From NCBI GenBank assembly GCA_963422655.1, contig OY730440.1, positions 2,041,442-2,105,441 of the forward strand: a stretch of 64,000 nucleotides of DNA, written 5' to 3'. A program made the translations under genes and the position numbers. Source of the stretch: Acidimicrobiales bacterium. GTDB lineage: Bacteria > Actinomycetota > Acidimicrobiia > Acidimicrobiales > Aldehydirespiratoraceae. Shown here piece by piece: positions 63,973 to 64,000 of this stretch (its first letter is position 1; each line of letters begins with the position of its first letter). The notes beneath the pieces are model-generated. The model did no database searches and had not been told where the DNA came from. It was given only the letters and a program-made list of their open reading frames with translations.

Positions 63973-64000
63973 GTTCAGATCCGAAGGCTCTCGTCCAGAA
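63969..64000 (+). CDS. Start of a further gene (possibly hsdM by operon logic), truncated by the window end
   Basis: The ATG overlaps the hsdS stop (ATGA). Only MSSDPKALVQ is visible, so the function cannot be read. Confidence 0.3.
   Translation, partial: MSSDPKALVQ

Overview
This is a 64 kb high-GC, actinobacterium-like chromosome segment. By eye most of it is about 65-70% GC, which produces many antisense shadow ORFs that I discarded.

Nt 1-53.3k are mostly core or housekeeping genes:
- an Fpg/Nei glycosylase
- two SLH-anchored surface proteins flanking a GT-C and dual-GT2 glycosyltransferase pair
- a form-II CoxS/L/M-type molybdenum hydroxylase
- GGT
- a lipid/CoA cluster (HMGCS-like::DUF35, SCP-x-type thiolase, duplicated family III CoA-transferase)
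- Ino1, GlnII, NadE and a group 1/2 sigma-70 factor
- a tRNA with anticodon UCA (selC-like) next to a yqeC-like gene
- UbiX, several SDR and LLM oxidoreductases, a kinase/aldolase/dehydrogenase operon and a NitT/TauT-type ABC importer
- two tandem mosaic amidohydrolase paralogs

From about 53.3k to the window end the sequence becomes visibly AT-richer (about 52-57% GC by eye) and looks like an acquired island.
- It opens with a 97-nt relic of an hsdR gene.
- A tightly overlapping 7-gene plus-strand operon follows: an ACP-like carrier protein, a thymidylate-synthase-fold protein, an AcpS-type PPTase, an XRE regulator, an ImmA/IrrE metalloprotease fused to a chagasin (I42) cysteine-protease-inhibitor domain, a cytoplasmic papain-family C1 peptidase and a MazG-like NTP pyrophosphatase.
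- This operon converges on a gene resembling the phage thymidine-hypermodification family (5-hmdU DNA kinase / aGPT-Pplase-like).
- A type I R-M locus comes next (hsdR with a 23-nt poly-C tract, hsdS, and the start of a further gene).

I consider the 53.9-59.7 kb block the best candidate for an undescribed defence and/or DNA-modification system.

Other notable items:
- a frameshifted membrane-anchored coiled-coil repeat gene (24.1-24.75k)
- a duplicated hairpin element with a gene-remnant duplication (0.78-1.85k)
- several in-frame coding tandem repeats

All family assignments come from reading motifs in the translations. No database search was run.
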